DNA from: Myxococcota bacterium
GTDB lineage: Bacteria > Myxococcota_A > UBA796 > GCA-2862545
Assembly (NCBI GenBank): GCA_039208735.1
Contig: JBCCQY010000013.1
Location: forward strand, 1 to 64,000
Length of the DNA: 64,000 bases
Direction of reading: 5' to 3'
This document shows, piece by piece, positions 39,818 through 50,048 of the stretch. How positions within the stretch are numbered: position 1 is the first letter of the stretch; each line of letters begins with the position of its first letter. The position numbers were made by a program, and so were the translations under genes. The notes beneath the pieces were generated by a model. That model searched no databases. It was not told the origin of the DNA and worked only from the letters and a program-made list of their open reading frames with translations.

Positions 39818-40866
39818 GGCTTCCCAGACGGCTTTTCACCCTTAGCTTCTTCCGCCTCGAGCGTGCGAACGGCCGCGAGGAGTTCCGCTTTGACTTCGGC
39901 CACGGCTGCGGTGTCCGCGAAGGTCTTGTCGAGGGCTTCGTGTTGCGCGACCAAGGCGGGGGTTTGGTCCACCGCCTGCGCCTCGAGGCTGGTATCGAGG
40001 ATGAACGCGTCCTTTTCAACGGAACGGCGCAGCTTGTTGAGCCGCATGCTGACCGCCATACGACCCTGGGCTGGCCCCGCGTCCCAGCCCCGAATCCAGC
40101 CTTCGCTGTCGAGGAGCACCCGAACGTGCCGCTGGGCCATCAGGGTTTCGGCCGTGGCCTGGAGCTGAACCGGAAACACACGGTCGGCGAGTTCCGATTT
40201 GCGGGACTGCAACAGTGCGGCGATTCCAGGGCTCTTTTCGGCGACCATCGCTTCGATGCGCTCGGCTGGGTCGATCACTCCGATGTAGGCGGTGAGGGTC
40301 TCTCCGTCCTCGGTCACCGCCTGCTGGCCCGTGAAGGTGGCGGACTTCATCACAGCGTCCACCGACTCTGCAACATCGCCCTGCCCAAACGGGGAGCCAT
40401 TGAGCAGCGTCTTTAGTTTGAACGGGTTCGATTCGTCGAAGAGGTCCGACCCCACACGATGGACCCTCGGCGCACCCGGAATGCCTGCGGGGGACTGGCT
40501 TACCATGGTCAAGGTGCGCTGGTTGAAGAGCACGTCGATCGACCCGGCGGCCCGACGGGGCTCCTCGGTGCCCACGAACTCCGCCGACTGCTCCCCGATG
40601 ACCCGAAACTGATCGGGTGGGTTGTACGCGAACGTACCCCTGGTGATGTGCAGCACGTTGGTTTGTCCGCGGGCCATACGGCCCATCAGGACCCCTGCGT
40701 CGCTTTGGGCTCGGAAGTGTCCGCTAACCGCGCCTTGGTTGCGCCAGGCGTCAACGGCCTTCTGTAAAGGTGCTTCGGAGGCCGAGACGGGCACCTCGGG
40801 GGCCGATGGGTTTCCGGTGCAGCCCGCGCCAACGAAAAGAAGGGTGTGAAGGACGACAAGGTTCAT
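39814..40866 (-). CDS. Hypothetical lipoprotein (possibly LolA/LppX-like fold)
   Basis: Lipobox GAGC; ATG overlaps the upstream gene's stop. Confidence 0.55.
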   Translation of the reverse strand: MNLVVLHTLLFVGAGCTGNPSAPEVPVSASEAPLQKAVDAWRNQGAVSGHFRAQSDAGVLMGRMARGQTNVLHITRGTFAYNPPDQFRVIGEQSAEFVGTEEPRRAAGSIDVLFNQRTLTMVSQSPAGIPGAPRVHRVGSDLFDESNPFKLKTLLNGSPFGQGDVAESVDAVMKSATFTGQQAVTEDGETLTAYIGVIDPAERIEAMVAEKSPGIAALLQSRKSELADRVFPVQLQATAETLMAQRHVRVLLDSEGWIRGWDAGPAQGRMAVSMRLNKLRRSVEKDAFILDTSLEAQAVDQTPALVAQHEALDKTFADTAAVAEVKAELLAAVRTLEAEEAKGEKPSGKP

Positions 40867-41906
40867 AGGTGCTCCAACCCAACCCAATCCGCAATGGCGT
40901 CGGTGACGGTGGTGTCGACGCGCCGGCCGATGTCGTCCTGGGTGATTTGCTGCCAATCCGGTTGACCGATGCAGTTGAGGGCGTGAGTGATGCACGGCAG
41001 GACCGTCGCCTGATGCCCCACGGTCGAGCCTTCCAGATGGTCCCCCCACGCCTCGATTTCAGCCGGGGGGACGTTCCAATCGTAGTCCCCGCCCAAAGCG
41101 AGGAGCGGGACCGTTGCATCGAGGGCCGCGGTCTTGGCCTCTTCGCCGACACGAATCCAGCTCTCCCAGAACTCGACGGTTCCTCCACCGGCGCTCGTTC
41201 CCTGGAAGGTCCCGGCTGCGATGGCCTCGACGTCCTCGACGAGCCCCCGCAAACTCGTGAGCTGCGCCTTTGCGGACTCTTCGGTCGATCCATTCTCGAT
41301 CAGGAGGTCTCGTGAAAAGTCGAGCTGGTAGCGAAGCAGTACATCGATCGTCTGAAAGGGACCGGCCAGGATGACCCCACCGGCGAGGTCCTCCATGTCG
41401 GCCGCGACAATCGGCACGAAGCTGCCCCCCTGGCTGTGGCCGACCAAGAAGATGCGGTCCACGTCGATGTCGTCCTGAGTAGCGAGGAAGGCCACGGCCG
41501 ATCGCGCATCGGCCACGAAGTCGTCGACCGTGGTGCTTTCATCGACAGAGGGGTAGTCGTTTTCACAGCCATTGGTCGACGAACACGTGCGCTTGTCGTA
41601 GCGCAGAACCGCAATGCCCTCGCGTACCAGTTCGGTCGACACCTGGCGAAAGATGTCGATCGAAAACCCAAAGCCTAGGTTGAGCTGCCCTGATGCGGGT
41701 ACGTCCCGGCTGTTGGGGCCGCTGCCGTGGACCAAGACCACCGCAGGTACGACCTCATCGCTCGCGTGTTCCGGCACGACAAGGTTCCCTTCTAGCGTGA
41801 ACCCTTGGCTATCAAACACCACTTCGGTGTTGCTGCGGGGCACGGTAGCGGCGGGGTCCACCGGGGTCCCGCAGCCCCCCAACAGTCCCGCGAAGAGAAT
41901 CGTCAT
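40863..41906 (-). CDS. Alpha/beta hydrolase lipoprotein
   Basis: LGGC lipobox, HGSGP, RYDKR, GHSQG, D (GDYD) and H (ITH). Confidence 0.88.
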   Translation of the reverse strand: MTILFAGLLGGCGTPVDPAATVPRSNTEVVFDSQGFTLEGNLVVPEHASDEVVPAVVLVHGSGPNSRDVPASGQLNLGFGFSIDIFRQVSTELVREGIAVLRYDKRTCSSTNGCENDYPSVDESTTVDDFVADARSAVAFLATQDDIDVDRIFLVGHSQGGSFVPIVAADMEDLAGGVILAGPFQTIDVLLRYQLDFSRDLLIENGSTEESAKAQLTSLRGLVEDVEAIAAGTFQGTSAGGGTVEFWESWIRVGEEAKTAALDATVPLLALGGDYDWNVPPAEIEAWGDHLEGSTVGHQATVLPCITHALNCIGQPDWQQITQDDIGRRVDTTVTDAIADWVGLEHL

Positions 41907-41917
41907 GATGGTCTCCT

Positions 41918-42370
41918 TCAGGATCGACGCAGCTTGGCGAGGAAACGGTCGAGGGCGCCAGCGAAAGCTCGCTTGTCGCGCTCGCCGTAGGGCTTCGGGC
42001 CCCCAAGGAGTTCACCGGCCTCACGTTGCTGCTCCATGAAGTCTCTCATGGTAAGCCGAGCCGATGCGTTCGAAGCGTCAATGACCTGACCGCGAGGGTC
42101 GATGACGAGCCCGCCTTTCTCGACCGCCGCAGCCGCGAGTGGAATATCGGCCGTGATCACGAGGTCGCCCGGCTGGACTTGCTCGACGATCCATTCGTCG
42201 GCGACGTCGAACCCCTTGCCCACGATCTCTTGTCGCACGTGTCGGGATTTCGGCAGCCGCATGGGCTGGTTCGCGACGAGAATGACCTGAATAGGAACCC
42301 GGTCCGCGGCGCGAAACAGCATTTCCTTCACGGGCCGCGGGCAGGCATCGGCATCGACATAGATCGGCAT
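41918..42370 (-). CDS. yaiI: YaiI/YqxD family protein (DUF188)
   Basis: YVDADACP, GFDVADEWI and VITADIPLA. Confidence 0.9.
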   Translation of the reverse strand: MPIYVDADACPRPVKEMLFRAADRVPIQVILVANQPMRLPKSRHVRQEIVGKGFDVADEWIVEQVQPGDLVITADIPLAAAAVEKGGLVIDPRGQVIDASNASARLTMRDFMEQQREAGELLGGPKPYGERDKRAFAGALDRFLAKLRRS

Positions 42371-42391
42371 GCCGCAGGATAAGCCGTTGCC

Positions 42392-44161
42392 TTATCGGGG
42401 GTCAGCGTTCCAAGACCGCGGGGGCCGCCGGGAGCGGTCCTTGGGACCTCGATCATCACGACGACGACGCGGCGGACCTTGGCCATCGCGCTCGCGGCGC
42501 CGTGGGGGCCGATTCGAACCTGGCCGGGCCAGCGTGACGGGGACCTCCCGACCTCGGATTTGGACATGGTCGAGGTTGAGGACGGTGTCGGCCACGGACT
42601 TGGGCACGCCGACGAACGTTTTGCGGTCGAGGATGACGACCTTGCCGATGCGTCCTCCATCGATGCCCGCTTCGTGGGCCAGGGCGCCAACAATGTCACC
42701 CGGCCGAACGTGCCGCTGTCGGCCCACCGGCAAGAACAGCTGCACCTCGTTGGTGTCCTCGCGGTCGCCATCGGTGCTACGGCTGGCAAAGTCCTCGGGT
42801 CGACGCATCGGCCGCACCCATTCCGGCGGCGCGTCTTCGTTCGGGGTGGCCAGGGGCACGTGCTGCTGGGCGGCAAGGAGCCGTACCGCAGCTTCCGCGA
42901 CCTGCTCGACGGTCAGTTCGCTTTGGGCGATGGCTTCGGCGAGCCAGCCGGTGGCATCGGCGTCGGGCGCTTCGGCGGCCTCGGTGAGTTGAGCGAGGAA
43001 CCGAGCTTGGGCACCTCGCGCGATCGTGGCATCTGACGGGACGTCGACCTGGTCGATGCGAGCGCCTAGCTGCCGACTGATACGCCGAATCCGCTGCTTC
43101 TCCTTGGGCGTGGCAAAGCTAATGGCGACGCCCTTACGGCCGACGCGACCCGTACGCCCAATGCGGTGCACGTAGGTCTCGGTGTCGATGGGAAGGTCGT
43201 AGTTGATCACATGGGTCACATGGTCAACGTCGATGCCGCGAGCGGCCACGTCGGTCGCGATGACCACATCGATGCGCCCCGCCCGCAAACGCCGCAACAC
43301 CCGCTCGCGGGCCGATTGAGAGAGGTCGCCGTGCAGCGCGTCGACCGAAATGCCCATCTTGGTCAGCGCGTCGGCAACATCGGCGCAGCTTGCGCGGGTG
43401 CGAGCGAACACCAACACCGCTTCGTGGGGCGTGCCCCGAAGCACCCGACCCAAGGCCTCGAGCTTGTGGCGTGCAGGTACCCGCATCCACTGCTGCTCGA
43501 TGTGGTCGACGGTCATCGCACGGCCTTCGACCTGAACCTCGACGGGGTCCTGGAGGTGACGGTCGGCGACTTTCCGGATTTCGGGCGGCATGGTGGCCGA
43601 AAACAGTGCAATCTGCCGGTCGGAGGGCATCTCCGACAACAGCCGCTCGACGTCGTCGATGAATCCCATGCGCAGCATTTCATCAGCCTCGTCGAGCACC
43701 ACGTGGCGGATCTGGGACAGATCGAGATTGCCACGGTCGAGGTGATCGAGGAGTCGGCCGGGGGTGCCCACCACCACGGTGGCCTTGCGCAGTCCGTGAA
43801 TCTGGGGGCCGTAGGGAGCGCCACCGTAAACGGTGGTGATCGAAAGCCGCAGTCCCGTCGCGAAGGAATTCAGAGCGTCGGTCACCTGCAACGCGAGTTC
43901 GCGGGTGGGGGCGAGCACGAGGGCTTTGGGCGGCGTTCCGCCTTCACGAACCGCATGGAGGAGCGGCAATCCGAACGCTGCGGTCTTACCCGAACCGGTA
44001 CGCGCGCGTCCGATGAGGTCGCGCCCCTCGGCCATCACGGGAATCGCGGCCGCTTGGATGGGCGTGGCGTGTTCAAAGCCGAGCGCGGTCACCGCTTCGA
44101 CCAGGGCAGGGTCCAGCGGGAGCTCGGTGAACGCCACCGGCTGGGAGTCGGAATCAGACAT
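42392..44161 (-). CDS. deaD: DEAD-box RNA helicase with DbpA-type C-terminal domain (DeaD/CsdA)
   Basis: TPIQ, TGSGKT, PTRELA, DEAD, SAT, HRIGRTGR and RPGDIVGAL. Confidence 0.92.
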   Translation of the reverse strand: MSDSDSQPVAFTELPLDPALVEAVTALGFEHATPIQAAAIPVMAEGRDLIGRARTGSGKTAAFGLPLLHAVREGGTPPKALVLAPTRELALQVTDALNSFATGLRLSITTVYGGAPYGPQIHGLRKATVVVGTPGRLLDHLDRGNLDLSQIRHVVLDEADEMLRMGFIDDVERLLSEMPSDRQIALFSATMPPEIRKVADRHLQDPVEVQVEGRAMTVDHIEQQWMRVPARHKLEALGRVLRGTPHEAVLVFARTRASCADVADALTKMGISVDALHGDLSQSARERVLRRLRAGRIDVVIATDVAARGIDVDHVTHVINYDLPIDTETYVHRIGRTGRVGRKGVAISFATPKEKQRIRRISRQLGARIDQVDVPSDATIARGAQARFLAQLTEAAEAPDADATGWLAEAIAQSELTVEQVAEAAVRLLAAQQHVPLATPNEDAPPEWVRPMRRPEDFASRSTDGDREDTNEVQLFLPVGRQRHVRPGDIVGALAHEAGIDGGRIGKVVILDRKTFVGVPKSVADTVLNLDHVQIRGREVPVTLARPGSNRPPRRRERDGQGPPRRRRDDRGPKDRSRRPPRSWNADPR

Positions 44162-44263
44162 GAAAAGGGGGTTCCTTCGGCGGCGGCCAGACGACGGCGA
44201 CGACAGACGGTAGCGGCACGTTCGTCCGGCGGGCGCGCAGCAAGGCTACGTATCCCAAGATGG

Positions 44264-47125
44264 CTATGGCGTCGCGCCCTTTTGGTCAGGGCGCTGGCGA
44301 GCGGCAAATGCGATCAACGCGGTGATGCGGAGGGCTTCGTCGACGGGCATACGGTCGGTGGTCAACACCGACAACAATCCGTCTTTCGCAATGGGCTGTA
44401 GCAACTCGGCCGATTTGGTGGATGCGGTGAGAATGGCGCGAATCGCCGCATGCAAATCCCCGGTGACCAGAAGAGCGATGCGGTCTGCATGCATGCGCAC
44501 CTGGAGCCCCGCTCCCTGGAGATTTTCACGCCCAATGCCCGAAGGTTCGGGCGACGAGCGACCGGTGAGGCGTTCCCAAAGGGGCGTAGCCAAGCTGGTG
44601 GCCTTGTCGAGAGCCGTGCGCGCCGCGAACATCCGCCGGCCGAGGCGAAATAGGCTTTGCAGTTTGGCAATTTGGTCGATGCCGGGCACGAGCGTAATCA
44701 GGTCGAAGACGTTTTCGGCGGTGGTCGCGTACCGTCCAAACGCCGAGTACATCGATCGGCTCGTCCCCACGAGGCTCTGATCGAGGGCGAGCAGCGGATG
44801 GCCGCACCGCAAGTGAGACAATTCGACGGCGAGGGCGAAGGTGAGCGCCGCATCATCGAGGGCCCGTTCACCGGGCTCGAGGTGCGTGATGCCCATGAGG
44901 ACGACCGGAGGGTCGGTAGGCCAGGCGCTGATGCCCCACGCACCCTCCCCGCGGTAAAGAAAGGTTTCGGGTGCAGATAGCCCCAAGACCTTGGAAACTT
45001 CGCGGATGGCCCGATGCTCGCGCGGCCAGGCCTCTTCGGTGAGTCGTTCGAGCCCCCGCGTGAGTACCGTACGGTCAGGCGTCTCGGAAGGATCGATGGT
45101 TTGGCGAAGGCGTCCGAGCCAGCCGATGCCGCCGGGATGAAGGGTATCGAGCGTGGTATCGTCAAAACCTTCAATCCACCGCCGATGGGGCTCGGGCGGG
45201 GTGGTCCCCAAGACATCATGGAGGTGGGTCCACCAAGTGCGCAACGTGGGCTCGATCACCACGCCAGTGTGCAACGCGTGGTGGTAGGCCTCGGGCTGCA
45301 GGAAGTCGCCAGTGAGGGCCTCGACCAATGCCCCCACCGCAGCTTCCGTCTCGCCATCAACCGCGTACAACCTGGCGATGCGAATCCACCGGGCGTATCG
45401 AGGGTCGGTGGACATGGGGTCATCGGATTCGACGGGCGCCTCGACCGCGGCGCGGGCGTCCACGAGTTCGGCGGCTTTGGTCAGGGTTGTAGCGGCGTCG
45501 TGGGGCCGTCCGAGTCGATCCTCATACAACGTAGCTAATGCCTCGTAGCGGACCACCGTAGGGCCGTCCGCAATGAGGGCTTCGAGCGCGCGCGCCTGGG
45601 CAGCCGGGGCGTGGTCGGGAGCCGCGTCGAGCAACGAAGCCCACTCATCGGGTGGCGTGTCGACGGGGAGGAAGTCGGCCTGGGGGTCCTGCGCCAACGC
45701 CGCGCGCCAGTGGGGAGCTGGATCGGCGTGTGCCGACCGCGCATACCGCGCCAGTTGAGCATGATCTGAGGCCGTCCCGGCTTCTCCCATGGCCCGCGCC
45801 CAGGCGTCCATGGCAGCTTCCCAGGCTTCCTCCTTGGCAAAGGCTTCCGCGGCTTGACGCCAGGTGGCGCGGCCGGTGGCGGTGTCGACCCGCTCCCGCA
45901 GCACCGCCAGCCCGGCGTAGCGCCGCGCATCGGGGCTGACGAGACCCCACAGGGCCGCCGCGGCGGCCACTGCGGTCGGGGTTCCACGAAGGGCAAGCCC
46001 CGTGGCCATGGCCTCGGCATAGCGCTCACACGGCCAAGGAAGTCCTTCGACGCGAGCCTGCGCGGGCAGCGCGTCCAACGCAAGCCCCGCCCCGAGGGTC
46101 GACCAGCGCACATTCTGACGGCCCAACGCACGACGCAAGGCGCGGTCTCGATCCTCGACTCCTTTGGCGAAACCTACCGGATCATCAGGAAGAAACGACG
46201 TGGCCGACCAACTTCTGACCGTGACCACCCCTTGGTCGAAAGCCCAGGCGACGGCAGCGAGTTCGGGAAGGCTTTGGGAGGGACCTGGACCCTCCGCACC
46301 GAGGGCGCGGGCTTCGGTCCACAGGGACACCGCCCGGGCGGGATCGGGCTCTTCAAGCGCGCTGGCCGCAGCGATTCTCCATCGTTCGCCCGGGGTGGTG
46401 GCCTCATGGAGGTCGTGCAGGACCGGGACGGAAGCGCGTGCTCCGGTGGGTGCAAGTAGCGGATGTCCGTCTGCGGTGAGGGTGGGTCGGCCGGCGCTCG
46501 GCATCACCACTTCAAGTCGATCGACGCGCCGAAATTGCATTTCGCCCCACGGGGCACGCGCCACCATGAGGGTGCGATGGGTGGAGACGAGAAGCACCCA
46601 GGGGCTTTCGTGCAGGGTGCCGTGGTGGTGGTTGAAGGGCCGAGTCGTGGCGGTGGTGAGTCCAACGAGCCAGCGCTCGGTCGAGGCTTCGTTGGGGGCG
46701 CGAAGTTCGTCGGTGACGCCGATGGCGCCTTTCGCCGAGGCAATCAAGGGAAAGGTACGGCCAGGCTTTGGCCGGATCGCTTCACCGCCTCCCCCGCGGG
46801 CGAACTGCGCGACGAGGGCTTGTCCTTCGGTGCGGGTGCGGGTGCGCAGCGGGAGCCACCATGGTCCGACGTGAAGTCGATCGCGGGTCCAGCCCGTCTC
46901 GAGACGCACCGTGTCGACTTCACCGGTGGCCCAGGCCCACGTCCGTCCGTCCTCGGTGGCCGCCACAATCCAGCACCGGCGTTGGCTGGCGACCACGTAG
47001 CGAGGGGCTTTCGTCACCGTGTCGTCATCCGCGACGAATGCGTGCTCCCCCGCGGTCCGAAGAAGGGCCAAGACTTCGTCACCGGCGGCCTCGACCACGG
47101 CTCGAATGGCCTGCTCGTCGCTCAT
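44264..47125 (-). CDS. Hypothetical helical/TPR-like protein with a degenerate M48-like C-terminal domain
   Basis: Ala-rich helical middle; C-terminal FALAVELSHLRCGH...HADRIALLVTGDL. Confidence 0.55.
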   Translation of the reverse strand: MSDEQAIRAVVEAAGDEVLALLRTAGEHAFVADDDTVTKAPRYVVASQRRCWIVAATEDGRTWAWATGEVDTVRLETGWTRDRLHVGPWWLPLRTRTRTEGQALVAQFARGGGGEAIRPKPGRTFPLIASAKGAIGVTDELRAPNEASTERWLVGLTTATTRPFNHHHGTLHESPWVLLVSTHRTLMVARAPWGEMQFRRVDRLEVVMPSAGRPTLTADGHPLLAPTGARASVPVLHDLHEATTPGERWRIAAASALEEPDPARAVSLWTEARALGAEGPGPSQSLPELAAVAWAFDQGVVTVRSWSATSFLPDDPVGFAKGVEDRDRALRRALGRQNVRWSTLGAGLALDALPAQARVEGLPWPCERYAEAMATGLALRGTPTAVAAAAALWGLVSPDARRYAGLAVLRERVDTATGRATWRQAAEAFAKEEAWEAAMDAWARAMGEAGTASDHAQLARYARSAHADPAPHWRAALAQDPQADFLPVDTPPDEWASLLDAAPDHAPAAQARALEALIADGPTVVRYEALATLYEDRLGRPHDAATTLTKAAELVDARAAVEAPVESDDPMSTDPRYARWIRIARLYAVDGETEAAVGALVEALTGDFLQPEAYHHALHTGVVIEPTLRTWWTHLHDVLGTTPPEPHRRWIEGFDDTTLDTLHPGGIGWLGRLRQTIDPSETPDRTVLTRGLERLTEEAWPREHRAIREVSKVLGLSAPETFLYRGEGAWGISAWPTDPPVVLMGITHLEPGERALDDAALTFALAVELSHLRCGHPLLALDQSLVGTSRSMYSAFGRYATTAENVFDLITLVPGIDQIAKLQSLFRLGRRMFAARTALDKATSLATPLWERLTGRSSPEPSGIGRENLQGAGLQVRMHADRIALLVTGDLHAAIRAILTASTKSAELLQPIAKDGLLSVLTTDRMPVDEALRITALIAFAARQRPDQKGATP

Positions 47126-47178
47126 CGGGTGTCCTCCGGGGCGTCTCCCCCGGACGTTACGACACGCGTGGAGGCTCC

Positions 47179-47499
47179 ATGGATTCCACCGTCGCCGGAC
47201 CGATCCTGACGCGCCGGGCTTGGATCACCACCGTCGCCAGCGCGCTCGCTGCGGTTGCGGTGACCCCGGAAGCGGCGAATGTCCGATGGGCGCCTTCGGT
47301 TGTCCACCCGGCGATTCCCGCGCGGGTGTTCGAGGCGCAGTTGAATGCCGCGCTGGCCGCGGTCGTGGCCGAGTCCCCGAGCCATGCTCGCAAGGCGACG
47401 GCCCGGTTTGGTCCGCTCCCTGCGGCCAGGGGATGGCCTTGCGCACCACGGCTCGTCGAAGACGTCGTCCGTGGTGCCGTTGGCATCACACGAGGTTGA
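47179..47499 (+). CDS. Small hypothetical protein with Tat-like signal
   Basis: GGAGG RBS; TRRAWI followed by a hydrophobic stretch and an AxA-like site. Confidence 0.4.
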   Translation: MDSTVAGPILTRRAWITTVASALAAVAVTPEAANVRWAPSVVHPAIPARVFEAQLNAALAAVVAESPSHARKATARFGPLPAARGWPCAPRLVEDVVRGAVGITRG

Positions 47500-48811
47500 C
47501 GAGTTCCTGAAGCGTCTCGTCGGCCGTCCGAATGACCCCCGCGTTGGCCTGGTAGCTCCGCTGGATTTGGATCATCGACACGAATTCTCGTTCGAGGTCG
47601 ACATTGCTCCGCTCGAGCGAGTAGCCATCGACCCGGCCCCTGCCGCCTGCGTTCGCTTGACCCAGCGTCGCCGCGCCGCTCGCGAACGTGGCGCGGAACA
47701 TGTTTCCGCCCATTCGTTCCAGTCCGCCCTCGGCCTCGAAGGTGGCCACCGCGACCTGTCCCAAGGCGAGCTGGGCGCCGTTCGTGTACTGGCCGTAGAT
47801 CACGCCGTCCTGGTCGACACTGATGTCGGTGAGGTTGCCGTTGCCGTAGCCATCCTGGGAGATCGCCGAGACCACGTTTTCCGCACCATTGTTGGTCACC
47901 GAGCCTGACGTGGGGTTTCCGGCGGCATCGACCCCGAACTCAAACGTCGGGTCGAAGGGGCTCGCTCCCGGCCAGGTCCAAGGGGTGTTGTTGACCGTGA
48001 AGCCGTTGGTAATCAGCTGGCCGTCGGCATCGAAACCAAGCTGGCCCGTCCCGATTTCGAGGGCCATGCCCTCCTGGGCTCCGGCGAGATCGGTCTCTCC
48101 GGCGTCAATGACGACCGAGTAGCTCCACTGCGTGGGGTCGGCGCGGTCGCGCTCAAAGTTCAGGATGAGTTCGTGCTGCCGCCCAAGCGAGTCGTAGACG
48201 GTGACCGACGTGCTGAAATCAGCGGCTTCGGCAGCTTCTCGCAGAGGCACCGACGCGCCATCGAGCGACAGCAGGGTGTAGTCCTCGGTGGCATCCGGGT
48301 CGGTGCTGGGGTCGAGCGTTAGCTCCGCAGTGATCGTCGTGGTCATCGCCGGGGGAGCTGGCATATCATAGATGACCAGATCGCTTAGGACGGGCGAGAT
48401 TTCGCCGAACTCGGCCTGGTAGCCCTGGACGCGGAAGCCCATCTGGTTGATGAGGAAGCCATCTGGGTCAACGCCGAAACTGCCGTCGCGGCTGTAGAAC
48501 GTCTCGTTGCCGTTGGCGACGGCGAACCAGCCTTGGCCCGAAATCGCCATGTCGAGGGAGCTACTCGTTCCCTGCACGGCCCCCTGGGTGAACAGGGGAT
48601 TAACCGACAGGTTGGTGGCGCCTCGGCCAAGCTGGGCCGGGCCTGGGCCCAACCCGAACACGTCTTCGGGAATCATGTCGGCGAACTGAATGCGGTTGCG
48701 CTTAAAGCCGACGGTGTTGAGGTTGGCGATGTTGTCGCCAATGACGCCAAGGGCGGCGCCAGACACACCGAGGCCACTGGCCCCGGTGCGAAGGGTTCCA
48801 AAGAGGGACAT
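47486..48811 (-). CDS. flgE: Flagellar hook protein FlgE
   Basis: NIANLNTVGFK, DMAISGQGWF, YDSLG and LERSNVDL...QRSYQAN. Confidence 0.95.
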   Translation of the reverse strand: MSLFGTLRTGASGLGVSGAALGVIGDNIANLNTVGFKRNRIQFADMIPEDVFGLGPGPAQLGRGATNLSVNPLFTQGAVQGTSSSLDMAISGQGWFAVANGNETFYSRDGSFGVDPDGFLINQMGFRVQGYQAEFGEISPVLSDLVIYDMPAPPAMTTTITAELTLDPSTDPDATEDYTLLSLDGASVPLREAAEAADFSTSVTVYDSLGRQHELILNFERDRADPTQWSYSVVIDAGETDLAGAQEGMALEIGTGQLGFDADGQLITNGFTVNNTPWTWPGASPFDPTFEFGVDAAGNPTSGSVTNNGAENVVSAISQDGYGNGNLTDISVDQDGVIYGQYTNGAQLALGQVAVATFEAEGGLERMGGNMFRATFASGAATLGQANAGGRGRVDGYSLERSNVDLEREFVSMIQIQRSYQANAGVIRTADETLQELVNLV

Positions 48812-48830
48812 GATCGTTCTCTCACGGTAC

Positions 48831-48892
48831 GAATCGCTTCAGTCAGTCAGCGATTCCGGGCTTCCGTGGGACGCATCCCGTGGTCCAGCCCG
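48831..48892 (-). promoter_or_regulatory. Two-hairpin leader upstream of flgE (candidate cis-regulatory RNA)
   Basis: GGGCT-GGAC...GGA-AGCCC stem with an inner GGGA/TCCC hairpin, then a perfect 8-bp stem GAATCGCT/AGCGATTC around the loop GACTGACTGA. Confidence 0.5.
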
Positions 48893-48905
48893 TGGGGTCG
48901 ACAAC

Positions 48906-49358
48906 TCAACCCGCGAGGTAGGTGGCATCCAGGTCAGTAAACACCTGGCCCAAGGCCTCCTCACGGCTCATGACAGTAATGACGGTGCGTTTCGGTACGC
49001 CCACGATCCAGGCTTGCTGGCCCGTGAGTACCAACGCTCTTTTGGCCCCCCGACGCTCGAGGCTCGTCAACGCATCTCCAAGTTCGCTCGCTTCCGTGGG
49101 CCCAAAGGAAAGGCCCCGCGAAGACAAGCGAGACGCGGCGTGGCGAGACAGGACGACGGGACGGAACACCCCGGGCTCGTGGGGGGCTTCTGCGGCCGGC
49201 TCCGGCCCCGGGGTTTCGGAAGCCTCGAGGGGGTCGAGAAGGCGTTCCAACGAGGCATCGAAGTCTGGCCGGCCCGGCTCGATGCTGCGGGAAGGCGCGC
49301 CCGGGCTCCACCCAACAACCGAACGGAGCGGATTCGGACCGTGAATCTCTCCGCTCAC
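48906..49358 (-). CDS. Flagellar operon protein, TIGR02530 family
   Basis: LSRHAASRLSSRG, GAKRALV, RTVITVM and VFTDLDA; lies between flgD and flgE. Confidence 0.8.
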   Translation of the reverse strand: MSGEIHGPNPLRSVVGWSPGAPSRSIEPGRPDFDASLERLLDPLEASETPGPEPAAEAPHEPGVFRPVVLSRHAASRLSSRGLSFGPTEASELGDALTSLERRGAKRALVLTGQQAWIVGVPKRTVITVMSREEALGQVFTDLDATYLAG

Positions 49359-50029
49359 GACCCGTCCTGCAGGCGAACGATGTTCTCGAGGGGCACTGCA
49401 ACACCCTGGATCGAGGGCATGGGCTGGCTCGTGCTGTAGTCCATCTCGTCGATGGTCCCGACCACAAGGGTGGAGACGGCAACGCTTTCACCCTCGACGT
49501 TGTTCGCCGAGATCGAAAAGGTGTAGTTGCCCTCGAGCGCTCGGGACCCGTCAATCCCCGTGCCGTCCCACGCGAGCGTAAATTCGCCTGCGTCGCGAGC
49601 CCCAATGTCGAGCGTTTGGACCACCCGACCCGTCTCGTCGGCGATGGTCACCGTCGCTTGCGAGAAGTTGTTTGCGGCGTCGAAGTGGAGGGTGGCGTCA
49701 CCTTCTGCGCCCAAGCGCACCCCGTTCCCGCTGGCGACCACATCCGTGCCCAGCAGCGAGGCCATCGTCGCGTTGTTCATCGACGCGACGCCGAAGTAGA
49801 CCGACTCCATCGTCGACTGCAGGGCGAACAGTTGTTCGAGGCTCGAGAACTGGGCGAGCTGGGCCACGAACTCCTCGTTCTTCATCGGGTCGAGGGGGTC
49901 TTGGCGTTGAAGCTGCTCGGTTAGCAGCTTCAGGAAGGCATCTTGGCCGAGCGCGTTGTCCGTCGAGGGTTCGGGAGGAGCCAGTCCGGGAACGGATGGT
50001 GCGTCAACGGTCGGAACAATCGGGTCCAC
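49355..50029 (-). CDS. flgD: Flagellar hook capping protein FlgD
   Basis: LGQDAFLKLL...QDPLDPM...AQLAQFSSLEQ and WDG. Confidence 0.95.
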   Translation of the reverse strand: MDPIVPTVDAPSVPGLAPPEPSTDNALGQDAFLKLLTEQLQRQDPLDPMKNEEFVAQLAQFSSLEQLFALQSTMESVYFGVASMNNATMASLLGTDVVASGNGVRLGAEGDATLHFDAANNFSQATVTIADETGRVVQTLDIGARDAGEFTLAWDGTGIDGSRALEGNYTFSISANNVEGESVAVSTLVVGTIDEMDYSTSQPMPSIQGVAVPLENIVRLQDGS

Positions 50030-50048
50030 GACAATGTCCTGGTTGAGG

